From positions 1-64,000 of IMG/VR virus record IMGVR_UViG_3300020473_001965: 64,000 nucleotides of DNA; one strand, 5' to 3'. The notes under the pieces were generated by a model. It saw only the letters and a list, made by a program, of their open reading frames with translations, was not told the origin of the DNA and ran no database searches. The number at the start of each line of letters is the position of its first letter. Position 1 is the first letter of the stretch. Positions 1 to 9,399 of the stretch are shown here, one piece after another. Position numbers and translations under genes: made by a program.

Positions 1-375
1 TCGGGACGACGGTCTCGTTTCCGATTCCGCCAGAGAGACTTCTATCACCGACAGTTAGATTCTGGAGGATCTTAATGAAAACTCCTTCCCAAGACTTTTT
101 CTTGGTAGTTGCCCTTATCCCGTTTCCACGATGAACCTACAAATCCGTGGATACTCTCAGCAGCATTCCCTCAGTGGTATGAGGACTCATGCATCGAATT
201 GCTGGACGATTCTCAGAGGTACCACCCTCCTTAACTCATCCCCTCTCTTAGTTGGGCGGCATAGTGAAAGAACACCACTTTCCCAAACGAGGTTTTCTCT
301 ACCGCGTGGCTTACACCATTGCGCTTAGGGGTCGGTAATACCACCTAAGTTTATAGACCCGAGAACTGGGGTCTT
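1..375 (-). ncRNA. Candidate large structured non-coding RNA, truncated by the left window edge
   Basis: Minus strand is a run of hairpins (GACCC..GGGTC, CTTAGG..CCTAAG, GCGGTAG..TATGCCGC, CCACG..CGTGG, CCAAGA..TCTTGG, GGAG..CTCC) with no credible ORF; preceded by a promoter and a boxA-like CGTTCTTTAACA. Confidence 0.6.
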
Positions 376-382
376 TTTATAA

Positions 383-434
383 TGTTAAAGAACGTAATAG
401 AAAAGATTATACATAGATAATTTTTCTTGTACAC
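383..434 (-). promoter_or_regulatory. Promoter GTGTAC-N17-TATAAT followed by a boxA-like antiterminator (383-394)
   Basis: Same spacing as the repeated phage promoter family; CGTTCTTTAACA resembles rrn boxA. Confidence 0.6.
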
Positions 435-458
435 ATTTTTTTAATAAATTATGTGCTA

Positions 459-674
459 TTACTTCTTCTGAACAAACGCGTAGAGTTTTTCAGCCTCAAT
501 AATGATATCTTCAGACGTAAACGGATCTATTGGCTTGCGCGCATAGTGCCGATCATTATCTGCAAGAAAGTGCTCATTAGATTCAAGTCGGCTGACTCTC
601 TCACTGACGATACCCATCGCCATTCCCAGCAGTTCTGTTCGGAGCTGGTACCCGCTTTTGTTACTATCACTCAT
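459..674 (-). CDS. Small conserved-type phage hypothetical protein
   Basis: 71 aa ORF with AGGAG RBS; KSGYQLRTELL...EAEKLYAFV pattern. Confidence 0.7.
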   Translation of the reverse strand: MSDSNKSGYQLRTELLGMAMGIVSERVSRLESNEHFLADNDRHYARKPIDPFTSEDIIIEAEKLYAFVQKK

Positions 675-757
675 TTTTTCTCCTTTGTGTGTGTGTTATG
701 AGTATTGAGCATACGCTCTATTAATACTAAACAAAAGAAATGTCTTGTATAATAAGT

Positions 758-1543
758 TTATATTTTTAAACAAAGACACTGGATCGACCCACCAGATTTT
801 AGAAATTCTCCTACATCAACTGGTCTTGTTTTTATTCCATGGTTATTTTTTAGAACTTTTTCTACTTCTGAGTGTCTAGATGGTATCAATAGCGTCTCAT
901 TAACCAGCATAGAGTTACACATAAACAACCTGGCATCTGCTTCACTTATAGGAATTAAATTAATTACTTCGGACAGTTTTTCTATTTCTCCGGATTTGAA
1001 AGCATCAGGAAAATATATTGCATGAGTATCTGAAACCTTGCAAAAACACGTGTCTAGATGATAATATCTAGGGTCTACTAATTCTAAACTAATAAGTTGC
1101 AACCCTAAGGCGCCCGCAGTGATCTCTAGAGATAAAAGATCAGATCTATAACCATAACCACCAATTAGCGTGTTAGAGTGTATCAGAGAATCACCACAAC
1201 CTTCGAATGATAATCCTGGAACTATATCGACAACAGAGAACCCCTCGTTGATAAACCACTTTCTAAAATGGGTCGATTCTCCCTTTCTTTCATCATGTTT
1301 CATAGAAGAAATGACAAAAGTCTTTCCAGAAACGATGCCAGCATTGGCAGTAAAAACCATATCTGGTAAACCGGACTGCGGAGAAATTGTTTTTACAACA
1401 CCACCAGATTCCTGTATTGCTTTGACAAGACCCAACCACTGATCTTGTGACAATCTGTTGTCTACTGGATCTCCTGTCATCCATGGATTGATAGAATAAT
1501 CAATTTTAAAGTGATCCGGTGGGCATAAAAGAAAAGTATCCAT
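758..1543 (-). CDS. Amidinotransferase / dimethylarginine dimethylaminohydrolase family protein
   Basis: INPWM, LPDMVFTANAG, FEGxGD, YHLDTCF and C-terminal GGSIQC motifs. Confidence 0.88.
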   Translation of the reverse strand: MDTFLLCPPDHFKIDYSINPWMTGDPVDNRLSQDQWLGLVKAIQESGGVVKTISPQSGLPDMVFTANAGIVSGKTFVISSMKHDERKGESTHFRKWFINEGFSVVDIVPGLSFEGCGDSLIHSNTLIGGYGYRSDLLSLEITAGALGLQLISLELVDPRYYHLDTCFCKVSDTHAIYFPDAFKSGEIEKLSEVINLIPISEADARLFMCNSMLVNETLLIPSRHSEVEKVLKNNHGIKTRPVDVGEFLKSGGSIQCLCLKI

Positions 1544-1569
1544 ATTATTAAATATGGAAAATTATATTA

Positions 1570-2571
1570 TCATTCAATAGATTGAATAAGACCTGCGCTG
1601 ATCCAGTCTTCTAGACCGTCCTGCCAAACTAAGGAGCCGTCCGAAGACAATCCTGTTAGTGACATAATAGCAGCTGTTCCTAGCGTAACTATGACAGGTC
1701 TCAATTCTGAATCTGAAAATGTCTGAGTTGGATTTTCACAACTCATTTCACAAATAGAATTAGTAGGATTTTCAAAATCACAATGGTCTGAATCTACAAT
1801 CTTCACAATTTGATAATCGGTCATCATTCTAAACAGGTCTAATCCATTATTTTCACCATTGCATGTTGACGGTTCACCCATGATAAAAAACGCCGGAGAA
1901 GATACGTGGTCTGCATAAGCCCGGCCAATAAAATCATCTACACCAGGAACGTCCTCTGTGTCTGTTGTATCTAATCCTAAAACACCGATAGCATTGCTGT
2001 CTTCGGCCGCGGCAATAATTGCCGCCAGTCCACCCGCAGAATGCCCAGCATATACTACGTTTTCACTGCCATGTATCATAGCTAGCTCAATCATATTCTG
2101 GCCGTTCATTTCGTGATCAACACCAAAAAATACGTTGTAATGACATAATGTAGGAAGTAAAACTTCAACACCCCATGATGCTAGGTGTTCTGCCCAGCCT
2201 GTCATAACTCCAGAGCCCCGGGCGAAACCATGTCCTAGAACAACAACCGGTGGATCATCAACATCAGGTGTATGTATTTCATATTCCATGCTAGAACAGT
2301 TTGTTACAGTAGCTGTTCTTATTTCTTTTGTTGAATAATAACCGCCAGATTGAGAAAAATCGGTAACAGGCTGATCAGTATCTTCAGTAGATTCAGGGCT
2401 GGCCGAATCTTCACTTTCAACAACAGTTTCTTCTTCTTCGGGAATAGAAGTTTCTTCATTTTCTTCCGTAGTATCAGAAAATATATCACCTTGTACCTTT
2501 TCTGAATCGTGAGTTATTCCAACTTCGCAAGCTGTTATCACAGCAAGCAGCAATACAATACTGGGTTTCAT
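1570..2571 (-). CDS. Lipoprotein with alpha/beta-hydrolase domain (chlorophyllase/dienelactone-hydrolase-like)
   Basis: Lipobox-like ITAC, acidic linker, HGF, GHSAGG nucleophile elbow, DHCDF His. Confidence 0.8.
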   Translation of the reverse strand: MKPSIVLLLAVITACEVGITHDSEKVQGDIFSDTTEENEETSIPEEEETVVESEDSASPESTEDTDQPVTDFSQSGGYYSTKEIRTATVTNCSSMEYEIHTPDVDDPPVVVLGHGFARGSGVMTGWAEHLASWGVEVLLPTLCHYNVFFGVDHEMNGQNMIELAMIHGSENVVYAGHSAGGLAAIIAAAEDSNAIGVLGLDTTDTEDVPGVDDFIGRAYADHVSSPAFFIMGEPSTCNGENNGLDLFRMMTDYQIVKIVDSDHCDFENPTNSICEMSCENPTQTFSDSELRPVIVTLGTAAIMSLTGLSSDGSLVWQDGLEDWISAGLIQSIE

Positions 2572-2572
2572 T

Positions 2573-3088
2573 TCAAATATCTCCAACTGCTGATAAAACT
2601 ACAGGACAAGGGAAATTAAGCGCCATCTCAATCAATACACATCCTGCGCCCTGACAAGACTTAATAGTTACATCGAAATCCAGATCCATTTCTTCTTCTG
2701 AAACGATCGTACCCCGCATAACACTCTTGATCTTTAGCGTTGCGCTACCTCCCAACGCCGTATCTTCAATGTGCGTTTCATCGCAGACAAAAATACCACC
2801 ATTTCCGATCTCACAACTTGTGTCATCGGTGTTGAACTGTGAAAGACTTCCATCTTTTACTGTGAATTTAGAAGGTACCATTTCGGTAACGTCTTGATAC
2901 GCATTCACACCGCAATTATCGCTAACTGACCTTGGGTTAGAAACAGACCATTGCCCGTCTATGGGCACCAGCTCATTTTCGTATGTAGAAGAGTTAAGAA
3001 GATTTTCATAATCTCCTGTGTCACCCAGCGGATTCTTGGCTGGGGCGCAGGCAAATAGTGTCACTAAAAGAAATAAGGGATTTATCAT
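2573..3088 (-). CDS. Hypothetical lipoprotein
   Basis: Signal peptide ending LFAC, DTG motif, paired Cys. Confidence 0.7.
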   Translation of the reverse strand: MINPLFLLVTLFACAPAKNPLGDTGDYENLLNSSTYENELVPIDGQWSVSNPRSVSDNCGVNAYQDVTEMVPSKFTVKDGSLSQFNTDDTSCEIGNGGIFVCDETHIEDTALGGSATLKIKSVMRGTIVSEEEMDLDFDVTIKSCQGAGCVLIEMALNFPCPVVLSAVGDI

Positions 3089-4011
3089 TATTCTATAACC
3101 TCGCTAGCATCAAGTGCAGCCAAAACACCATCGATCGTCCAGAAAGCAGTGTATATTTCAGCATCAGCGACCCAAGACATGCCGCATTCAATCCACCATC
3201 TATTGTTCCATGACTTAGTACGGATGGTTTGATAAGAAAGTGTAACTGTGGTGTCTTGGCCAAATGAATTGTCTATCCAGTCACCAAAAAAGAAACCATT
3301 TAGAAGATCTTCTGCATCAGTATCGTAATAATAACGGAGGTCTTCGATGAAATCAGGAGTAATCTCTATCATCAGTTCTCCAAGAACAAAATAATCGTCC
3401 TTGTGGTCTTCAGTTGTCTCAATGGCAACCAAAGAGTAGGGAAGGTCTAGCGTAAGATGTGCAACCATCGCGATGACAACCGCTCTGGTACGTGAGGCTT
3501 CTTCGTGGTCTGCCAGATAATAATAGTGGTCCCACGCGTAAGAGGGTTCACCCCCAAGCAGCGCTTGCTCTAAATTCGCCAAATACCTTGATGCAAAGTC
3601 TACGACAATTCTTTTTGCCCAGTCCTGATCTTCGATCTCGCCACGTTCAATCGCTTGAATAATACGATTTGTTATATGACGATAAGTTGTTGGAAACATA
3701 CCCCACGGATCATTACAATACTCGAATAAGCTCGCAATCTCATCGATTTTTTCGTAAATGTCATAGATGTCTTCAGATTCAGTTGTTTTTGTAAGGCCTA
3801 CAATTCTATTGGCAGAAGAAGATGAAATTAGGTCGTTGTTGCACAGAGTATCATCATATAAAAGATCACCACCCGCCTCTTGATAGTTTGTTGGGTCTAC
3901 TTCTATTTCTCTATTTTCGATGTATTCGACACTACCTGAATCTCCTGATTCTGGAACGGCACAACCCACAATAATTGCGCTAAAACATAAATAAACAGCT
4001 CTTTTTAACAT
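3088..4011 (-). CDS. Lipoprotein, DUF5995-like
   Basis: IVGC lipobox; YRHIT, DFASRYL, AHLTLDLP resemble DUF5995. Confidence 0.65.
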   Translation of the reverse strand: MLKRAVYLCFSAIIVGCAVPESGDSGSVEYIENREIEVDPTNYQEAGGDLLYDDTLCNNDLISSSSANRIVGLTKTTESEDIYDIYEKIDEIASLFEYCNDPWGMFPTTYRHITNRIIQAIERGEIEDQDWAKRIVVDFASRYLANLEQALLGGEPSYAWDHYYYLADHEEASRTRAVVIAMVAHLTLDLPYSLVAIETTEDHKDDYFVLGELMIEITPDFIEDLRYYYDTDAEDLLNGFFFGDWIDNSFGQDTTVTLSYQTIRTKSWNNRWWIECGMSWVADAEIYTAFWTIDGVLAALDASEVIE

Positions 4012-4021
4012 ATTTTAATCC

Positions 4022-4051
4022 AAAAAAATAGGACACCTGTAACCCGTGCCC
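4022..4051 (-). terminator. Intrinsic terminator
   Basis: GGGCAC..GTGTCC stem followed by a U-run on the minus strand. Confidence 0.5.
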
Positions 4052-4066
4052 TCCTGCGGTTTTCGA

Positions 4067-4186
4067 CTACTCAGCAGCGGAATCGCCGGTATCAACAACT
4101 TCAGCAGTGTCGGCACCGGTGTCTTCATCTTTATCACCACATGCGCTCAAAAATCCGAGTGCAGCAATTGCAAGAAAAAATTTCAT
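4067..4186 (-). CDS. 39-aa acidic micro-lipoprotein MKFFLAIAALGFLSACGDKDEDTGADTAEVVDTGDSAAE (not in ORF track)
   Basis: Hand-translated; GGAGGTG RBS; LSAC lipobox. Confidence 0.75.
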   Translation of the reverse strand: MKFFLAIAALGFLSACGDKDEDTGADTAEVVDTGDSAAE

Positions 4187-4262
4187 TATTCACCTCCAAG
4201 GCGAAAATATACTCATAGGTAAATTATTGTATATAGCTAACGAATTTTTTATTCGCTTTTAT

Positions 4263-5183
4263 TTATAAACTACTCACTGTGCCTGATGACCAGTCTATTT
4301 CTGCGAATTCATTTACTGTGTTATCCCCTGTTATCACACGGGTGTCTGTCCATGTTAACATCCCATTGAGATAAATGTTAACAGTGACTTCATTGTCACC
4401 ATAGACATCTGAAGTACTGCCTTGATAGTCATGAACGATCACAGTATATGTTCCGTCTATTTGAGGATCCAAAATATTAATATTTTCTGGTCCAGTCCCT
4501 GAAATATCGTCTAGGTCAAGTGAAGGATCGTCACCTTCGTATCCTGACAGTCCCCAATCCATATCATGTAGCCATTCGATAGACGGAGTACAGTTAGAAT
4601 AATAACAATCTGTAGAAATATTGTTATAAGTTCCGCCTGGCGCTAGTAAGTGAAGATCCATGTCGTCGTTTGGAAACTCCCAAAACATCTCGATCCAAAG
4701 ATTTTCAGCCGGAGTTGAGCTCAGTGTTACTTCACAAGGATCAGAAATGAGACCCAAATCATTAGTAACTACTAACCTTCCTATGTAGTCTCCTGCAAGA
4801 TCGGGTGTAAATGGATATCGATTTGACGATCCAGCTGGCATCAAAGCTGTAGAGCCTTCTGGAATAGAGATTAACTCCCAATTATAGTCTATAATATCAC
4901 CGCCGCCTGGATCGTATGAACTGTTTCCAACCCATGTTGCTGACTCAAAAGGAGGAGATACCGGGTTGGGTGTAGCATCACATAGTGCTATCGGGATTTC
5001 TGGATCTGGGTCTGCATCACCCGTCTCTTCTCTATCGGGAGGAAGCTCTTCAGGTTTGTCACCAGTATCTATCGTTGGCGTAGCTGTGTCTACACCTTCC
5101 GTCATTCCCTCCCCAAGGTTTTTTAAATCATAGTCTGAACAACCCAACAGCAAAAATAAAAATAAAATCGTGTTATTTCTCAT
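4263..5183 (-). CDS. Lipoprotein with PKD/Ig-like and YfaP(DUF2135)-like domains
   Basis: LLGC lipobox; SSYDP..YNWEL..LVVTND (PKD-like); DMDLHL..LDLDD..GPENI (YfaP-like). Confidence 0.7.
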   Translation of the reverse strand: MRNNTILFLFLLLGCSDYDLKNLGEGMTEGVDTATPTIDTGDKPEELPPDREETGDADPDPEIPIALCDATPNPVSPPFESATWVGNSSYDPGGGDIIDYNWELISIPEGSTALMPAGSSNRYPFTPDLAGDYIGRLVVTNDLGLISDPCEVTLSSTPAENLWIEMFWEFPNDDMDLHLLAPGGTYNNISTDCYYSNCTPSIEWLHDMDWGLSGYEGDDPSLDLDDISGTGPENINILDPQIDGTYTVIVHDYQGSTSDVYGDNEVTVNIYLNGMLTWTDTRVITGDNTVNEFAEIDWSSGTVSSL

Positions 5184-5353
5184 GAGAATTACATATACAG
5201 CTTTCTGTCTTTCTACAGCATTTTATGACAGCCTCAGGCTCCTGCAAGGCTTCAGTGGACTGTGATTCTTTTTGGGTATTGTCATTTTTATGTGCTATTT
5301 CAAGGCTGGCAACAAGTAAAAATGTAAAAATAAATACCACTATGTCTCCAAAA

Positions 5354-5720
5354 TGGTGGACCCGGCGGGAGTCGAACCCGCGTCCGCAATAACTTCAAAG
5401 TCGAGTCATTCACAGGTTTGTCTAATTTATTCCCAAATTAGAAAGGTAGCTACAAAATTCCCTTTTCCTATGTAGCCTTGGAAAACCACCTGTTTCCAGG
5501 GTAACCATTCTGATTTTTTATTTTTGCAGGATCTCTACCTGTTATCTTAAGTTGGGTATCAAGGTCTTAAGAAACCCCGTCGAATTAAGCGGCTAAGCGC
5601 TGTTCGTAGTGATAATTGTTGTTGGCAATTAAAGTTTTGAAACCGCGTTTAAGGTCAGCTATTTCGTGCGACCACCTGCACTCTCATTCTCCACTACCCC
5701 GTCGAAGCCGTTTCGGGCCC
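5354..5720 (-). ncRNA. ssrA: tmRNA; tag (A)ANNNYHYEQRLAA at 5585-5626
   Basis: 5' GGGCCCG pairs with 3' CGGGUCC-ACCA with G3.U Ala determinant; T-loop GGUUCGACUCC; tag ORF ends LAA-stop. Confidence 0.95.
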
Positions 5721-5726
5721 AAATCT

Positions 5727-5918
5727 CTACTTTTTCTCAGCTGAGATCGTGGAACGAACTAAATTCGCAGCTCTTGTTTTGAGATCACGCAATCCACGTC
5801 GTGCACGAACTCCTGCAGATTTATTTCCACGGGCGTTTTTGTGAACATCTAGTTCAAGACTTTCAACGAGGACCTTGATCTCTTCCCACTGGTTAAGAAT
5901 GTTATCAGTTTCTGACAT
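5727..5918 (-). CDS. Histone H1-like (Hc1 family) small basic protein
   Basis: GNKSAGVRARRGL motif. Confidence 0.75.
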   Translation of the reverse strand: MSETDNILNQWEEIKVLVESLELDVHKNARGNKSAGVRARRGLRDLKTRAANLVRSTISAEKK

Positions 5919-5980
5919 TTTTTTACTCCTTTAACGTCTAAGTGACATTATTATATATGCACACACAAAAGATTTTATCA

Positions 5981-6226
5981 TTAATTATTGACAATCAGCG
6001 TGCTGCCTTTATTGATCTCTCCATCTGCCACGGCTTTGCAAGCATTAGAAAGATATTTCATATCCTTGATATTTTCAAGCTCCAAAGATAGTAGATAGAC
6101 TAGCTGAACAATTTGTTTTTGCGAGACGCCAAAATTTAAAATCTCTTGTACTATTTCTCGACATCTAGCGCGATCTCTGATGTCCATCTCATCATCTGTT
6201 TCACCGTAAGACGTTAAATCACTCAT
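5981..6226 (-). CDS. Hypothetical protein
   Basis: ORF in operon context, start at MSDLT after GAGG. Confidence 0.65.
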   Translation of the reverse strand: MSDLTSYGETDDEMDIRDRARCREIVQEILNFGVSQKQIVQLVYLLSLELENIKDMKYLSNACKAVADGEINKGSTLIVNN

Positions 6227-6695
6227 TTCTATCCTCAAATACTTCTTCTCTTGTAAAAGATTCAATTTTAACTTTTGTTGATCCCAACATATGAAGAACC
6301 TTACCTGTAACAGTACCTTTGAATTCCTCTTTTGTTAAAATAATGGGCGGGGCCTCTAAATTAGTCTCATAGTAAAACTGAACTTCTTCCCAAACAGGGA
6401 GGTCACATTCATATGTTTCCAAAATCTTTGAAAGATTTGCAGGAAGTGATAGCTTTATATCATTTTTAGTCATGACTGACATCGACGATTCGCGCCCTAC
6501 CACAATCTCAGACTTACAAAGATCATGAATTTTATGAACAACGCCACAATTGTTACAATGGCAGAATTTTTCAATCACTTTGTCTTCATCATCAACAACA
6601 GAAAAAACAACAAACTTATGAAAAAGTGGGTCCTTCATTTTTCTGTATTGAGGCAAAATACAGTGACATTGAATTAAATGTTTAAGTCCTCTCAT
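6219..6695 (-). CDS. Hypothetical protein, possible Zn-binding
   Basis: CHC and CNNC motifs; overlaps neighbours. Confidence 0.65.
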   Translation of the reverse strand: MRGLKHLIQCHCILPQYRKMKDPLFHKFVVFSVVDDEDKVIEKFCHCNNCGVVHKIHDLCKSEIVVGRESSMSVMTKNDIKLSLPANLSKILETYECDLPVWEEVQFYYETNLEAPPIILTKEEFKGTVTGKVLHMLGSTKVKIESFTREEVFEDRNE

Positions 6696-7183
6696 AATAA
6701 TCTTCTCATTTTTCTATTTATGGCTCTTCTTTCTTTTCTATTTACTCTCTCTAAAAAAGTAATTCCATCTAGGTGGTCTATTTCATGCTGAACACAAATA
6801 GCTTCTAAGTCTTTGAAGACTCTTGATTCTCGTTCTCCGTTGATGCTTAGATAACTAATTTGAACTGTACTGTACCTTTGAACAGCAACTTCCACACCGG
6901 GAAAGCTTAGGCATCCTTCTTTTTCATAAGACTCTCCTCGGCCTTCTCTGATTACTGGATTAATAAAGCATAAGGGCTCTTCTTGATCTTCTGAGCAGTC
7001 CATCACAAAGATCCTATTCAAATATCCTGCCTGATTTGCCGCTAAACCTACTCCCTTTGATTCGTACATCAAGTCTAACATTTTATCAATTTGAGCAATC
7101 ACCTTGTCGTCAATTTTTTCAACTTCTTTGCAAGGCGATGATAAGGACGGATCTGGGTATTTGAGTATTTTTTCACTTTTCAT
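6692..7183 (-). CDS. def: Peptide deformylase
   Basis: GVGLAANQ, EGCLS and HEIDH motifs. Confidence 0.95.
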   Translation of the reverse strand: MKSEKILKYPDPSLSSPCKEVEKIDDKVIAQIDKMLDLMYESKGVGLAANQAGYLNRIFVMDCSEDQEEPLCFINPVIREGRGESYEKEGCLSFPGVEVAVQRYSTVQISYLSINGERESRVFKDLEAICVQHEIDHLDGITFLERVNRKERRAINRKMRRLL

Positions 7184-7665
7184 TTTGAATGTTTGTCCGC
7201 CACAGCCGACGAAGCCCAAGAATCAGGTTTAGTTCTTATAGGGAACCCTGTGCTTTTAGCATAACCGGTGAGTTGTTCAGCGTATTTACCTGTTGCGCCT
7301 TTATCTGGAGAAGTGCTAATGTCTAGGTGTAGTTCTAAATTAGCCTCTGGGCACGTTTCTGATATCATCAAGGTGGTATTTACTGTTTTTGTCACTTCTT
7401 CTAGCATTCTTGTAACAAGCAGCCTAAAAGGGCCCACAGGCACTCTGTCTCTTTTAAGAAAATACCTTCCACCTTGTTGATTTTCTGCACCATGAAGACA
7501 AACCGCAGTTACAAAAACGCATATGTCTTTTGTCATAAAACTATCAGTACCTATAAAAATTCGCCCCTTGTCTTTTGTGTGTGCCCTTAATTCTACTATC
7601 AGGTCATCGATATCGATTGTATTTCCTTTTGGGTCAAACCAAAAATTACTTTTTAACAGGCTCAT
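7180..7665 (-). CDS. YkuK (DUF458) RNase H-like protein
   Basis: IFIGTDS, LHLDI and C-terminal AVADKHSK. Confidence 0.8.
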   Translation of the reverse strand: MSLLKSNFWFDPKGNTIDIDDLIVELRAHTKDKGRIFIGTDSFMTKDICVFVTAVCLHGAENQQGGRYFLKRDRVPVGPFRLLVTRMLEEVTKTVNTTLMISETCPEANLELHLDISTSPDKGATGKYAEQLTGYAKSTGFPIRTKPDSWASSAVADKHSK

Positions 7666-9022
7666 TTATTAAAGCTCCAGATGTATTTTTAATTAGAAGT
7701 GCACTGTTATGACAAACTCTCATACAATTAATAAAGCTACCAGCCGGAATCTTTTTTACTCTATTGAAAAACTTTTCTAATCCCTCTATTATAATAGGGT
7801 TTTCTTTTTTATCGTGTGCAGCAGCAAAGTCTTTTATTGAAAACATTCCAAAATCTCTAGCTATAGGGATTGTTCTAAAAGCAGCATCAATATTGATTTT
7901 AGTCTTTCTAATTTCACTATCAGACGTGTTTTTTGAAGGTGTAAAATGAATGCTTCTCCCACTCAGAGCCTTCATCCTGTATTGCATTGTCCTGTCAAAC
8001 AACTCTAAAGAGAAAGGGTCTAAGTTTTTTCTTTTTGCTTCAGCGTTCTTTTTAACTCTGTTTAAATGGTGGTGAATCTGTGCTGTTTTTGTATTGTTGA
8101 TAAAGATAATCTTACTAGGCTTTATTTCAACTCGATCAACCAGTTTAATTTCACTATAATCAATAGATGATATGAGATTCCCTTTCAAGTATGATACCGG
8201 GTCAGTGTCACAAACAACAGACATGTCAACAAAAGAGTTGATCGATTTTTCATCCTTTAATAGTTTTACAGGAAATATATTTAAAGCCTTTCTTTGCATG
8301 TTTACAAACAGTGTCTGTAAAACTTCATCTGCGTAACCTTGTGACACAATAACCATGGGATCTGTATTTTTAGATGCAAATTCTAATATGTGGTGTATCT
8401 CAGCTACGCTTTCAATGACACCATCAATAATTATCACTTTTGCAAAAGAATGATCCCAACTGTTACTCTTAATAAAAAATTCATTAAACGTCTCAACGTC
8501 AAAAGAAAACGCGTTTTTTATTTCAATAGTAGGATTTTCTATCTTTGAATCTTCAACAAAGAATTTACCAGACAAGCCTGTGGATACGAAAGCCTCTTCT
8601 AGTGCATGGCGTGTTATTTCACACCCAGACGCCTGGCTTACAAATTTTATAACTTCTTTTTTTCTCGTAGGAGAAACTATCTTTTCAATCATTTCAAATG
8701 ATGGGCATTTAATATCATCATTTGATGACTTAAGTAAGTTAATTGTGTACCATAATCCAAAATCAGAAAAAAAGGGTGCTTTATAAAAAAGCTCCAGGCT
8801 TTGTTGCGTCACAAAATCTATAATGGGTCGTGAAAGATTTTTCTCATATGTGAGACATTGAAACTTGTCTGATATGTTTGAAAGATAAAATATTTTATCG
8901 TCCGCATTCGAAAACAATGCGTTCCCTGTTTGAAATTGATTCAGCCTGGACCAAATTTCATCAATAGACTTTCTATATTCATCTTCATACAAGTCATTAG
9001 ACAGCACGTTTACAAAGCTCAT
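7646..9022 (-). CDS. Highly divergent GroEL/Cpn60-like protein
   Basis: Apical-domain-like IIDGVIESVAEIHHILE..PMVIVSQG..EVLQTLFVN..DMSVV; no GDGTT motif. Confidence 0.65.
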   Translation of the reverse strand: MSFVNVLSNDLYEDEYRKSIDEIWSRLNQFQTGNALFSNADDKIFYLSNISDKFQCLTYEKNLSRPIIDFVTQQSLELFYKAPFFSDFGLWYTINLLKSSNDDIKCPSFEMIEKIVSPTRKKEVIKFVSQASGCEITRHALEEAFVSTGLSGKFFVEDSKIENPTIEIKNAFSFDVETFNEFFIKSNSWDHSFAKVIIIDGVIESVAEIHHILEFASKNTDPMVIVSQGYADEVLQTLFVNMQRKALNIFPVKLLKDEKSINSFVDMSVVCDTDPVSYLKGNLISSIDYSEIKLVDRVEIKPSKIIFINNTKTAQIHHHLNRVKKNAEAKRKNLDPFSLELFDRTMQYRMKALSGRSIHFTPSKNTSDSEIRKTKINIDAAFRTIPIARDFGMFSIKDFAAAHDKKENPIIIEGLEKFFNRVKKIPAGSFINCMRVCHNSALLIKNTSGALINEPVKK

Positions 9023-9071
9023 AAGATACTATACCGCATTAAATGCCATGGTTAAAGTTATCGAAAAAAGC

Positions 9072-9353
9072 CTAATCGTCGTCTGATCTAGACTTGCCGA
9101 AACCTGAAAATGCTGACGCAAGTGAGTCAGTTGCATTTCTAAGTCGTTCTGCTTCACCCTGCTTGGCTTCGGCTATCTTTTCTTTCTCTGCGGCCGTTAC
9201 AGCAAATCTCATAATCGCTGAAGACACACCTAACGTAATTAAAGTTATGCCCAAAGTGCTCAAATCATATGCACCAGCAGCTGCCGTTCCACAAACAACT
9301 AAGACCTCAGGGAACTGAAATCTTATTCCATCATTTTTAATACCAAATCTCAT
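9072..9353 (-). CDS. Small membrane protein
   Basis: Two hydrophobic segments; AGGAG RBS. Confidence 0.6.
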   Translation of the reverse strand: MRFGIKNDGIRFQFPEVLVVCGTAAAGAYDLSTLGITLITLGVSSAIMRFAVTAAEKEKIAEAKQGEAERLRNATDSLASAFSGFGKSRSDDD

Positions 9354-9399
9354 CGTATACTCCTGTTTAAAAATACACGCTAGAGTCTAATTGTATAAA

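Noticed and set aside
131-328. 65-aa plus-strand ORF
   Set aside because: No RBS or motif; it lies antisense to the structured RNA candidate.
5354-5400. Separate tRNA at 5354
   Set aside because: It is the T-arm and acceptor 3' end of the tmRNA.
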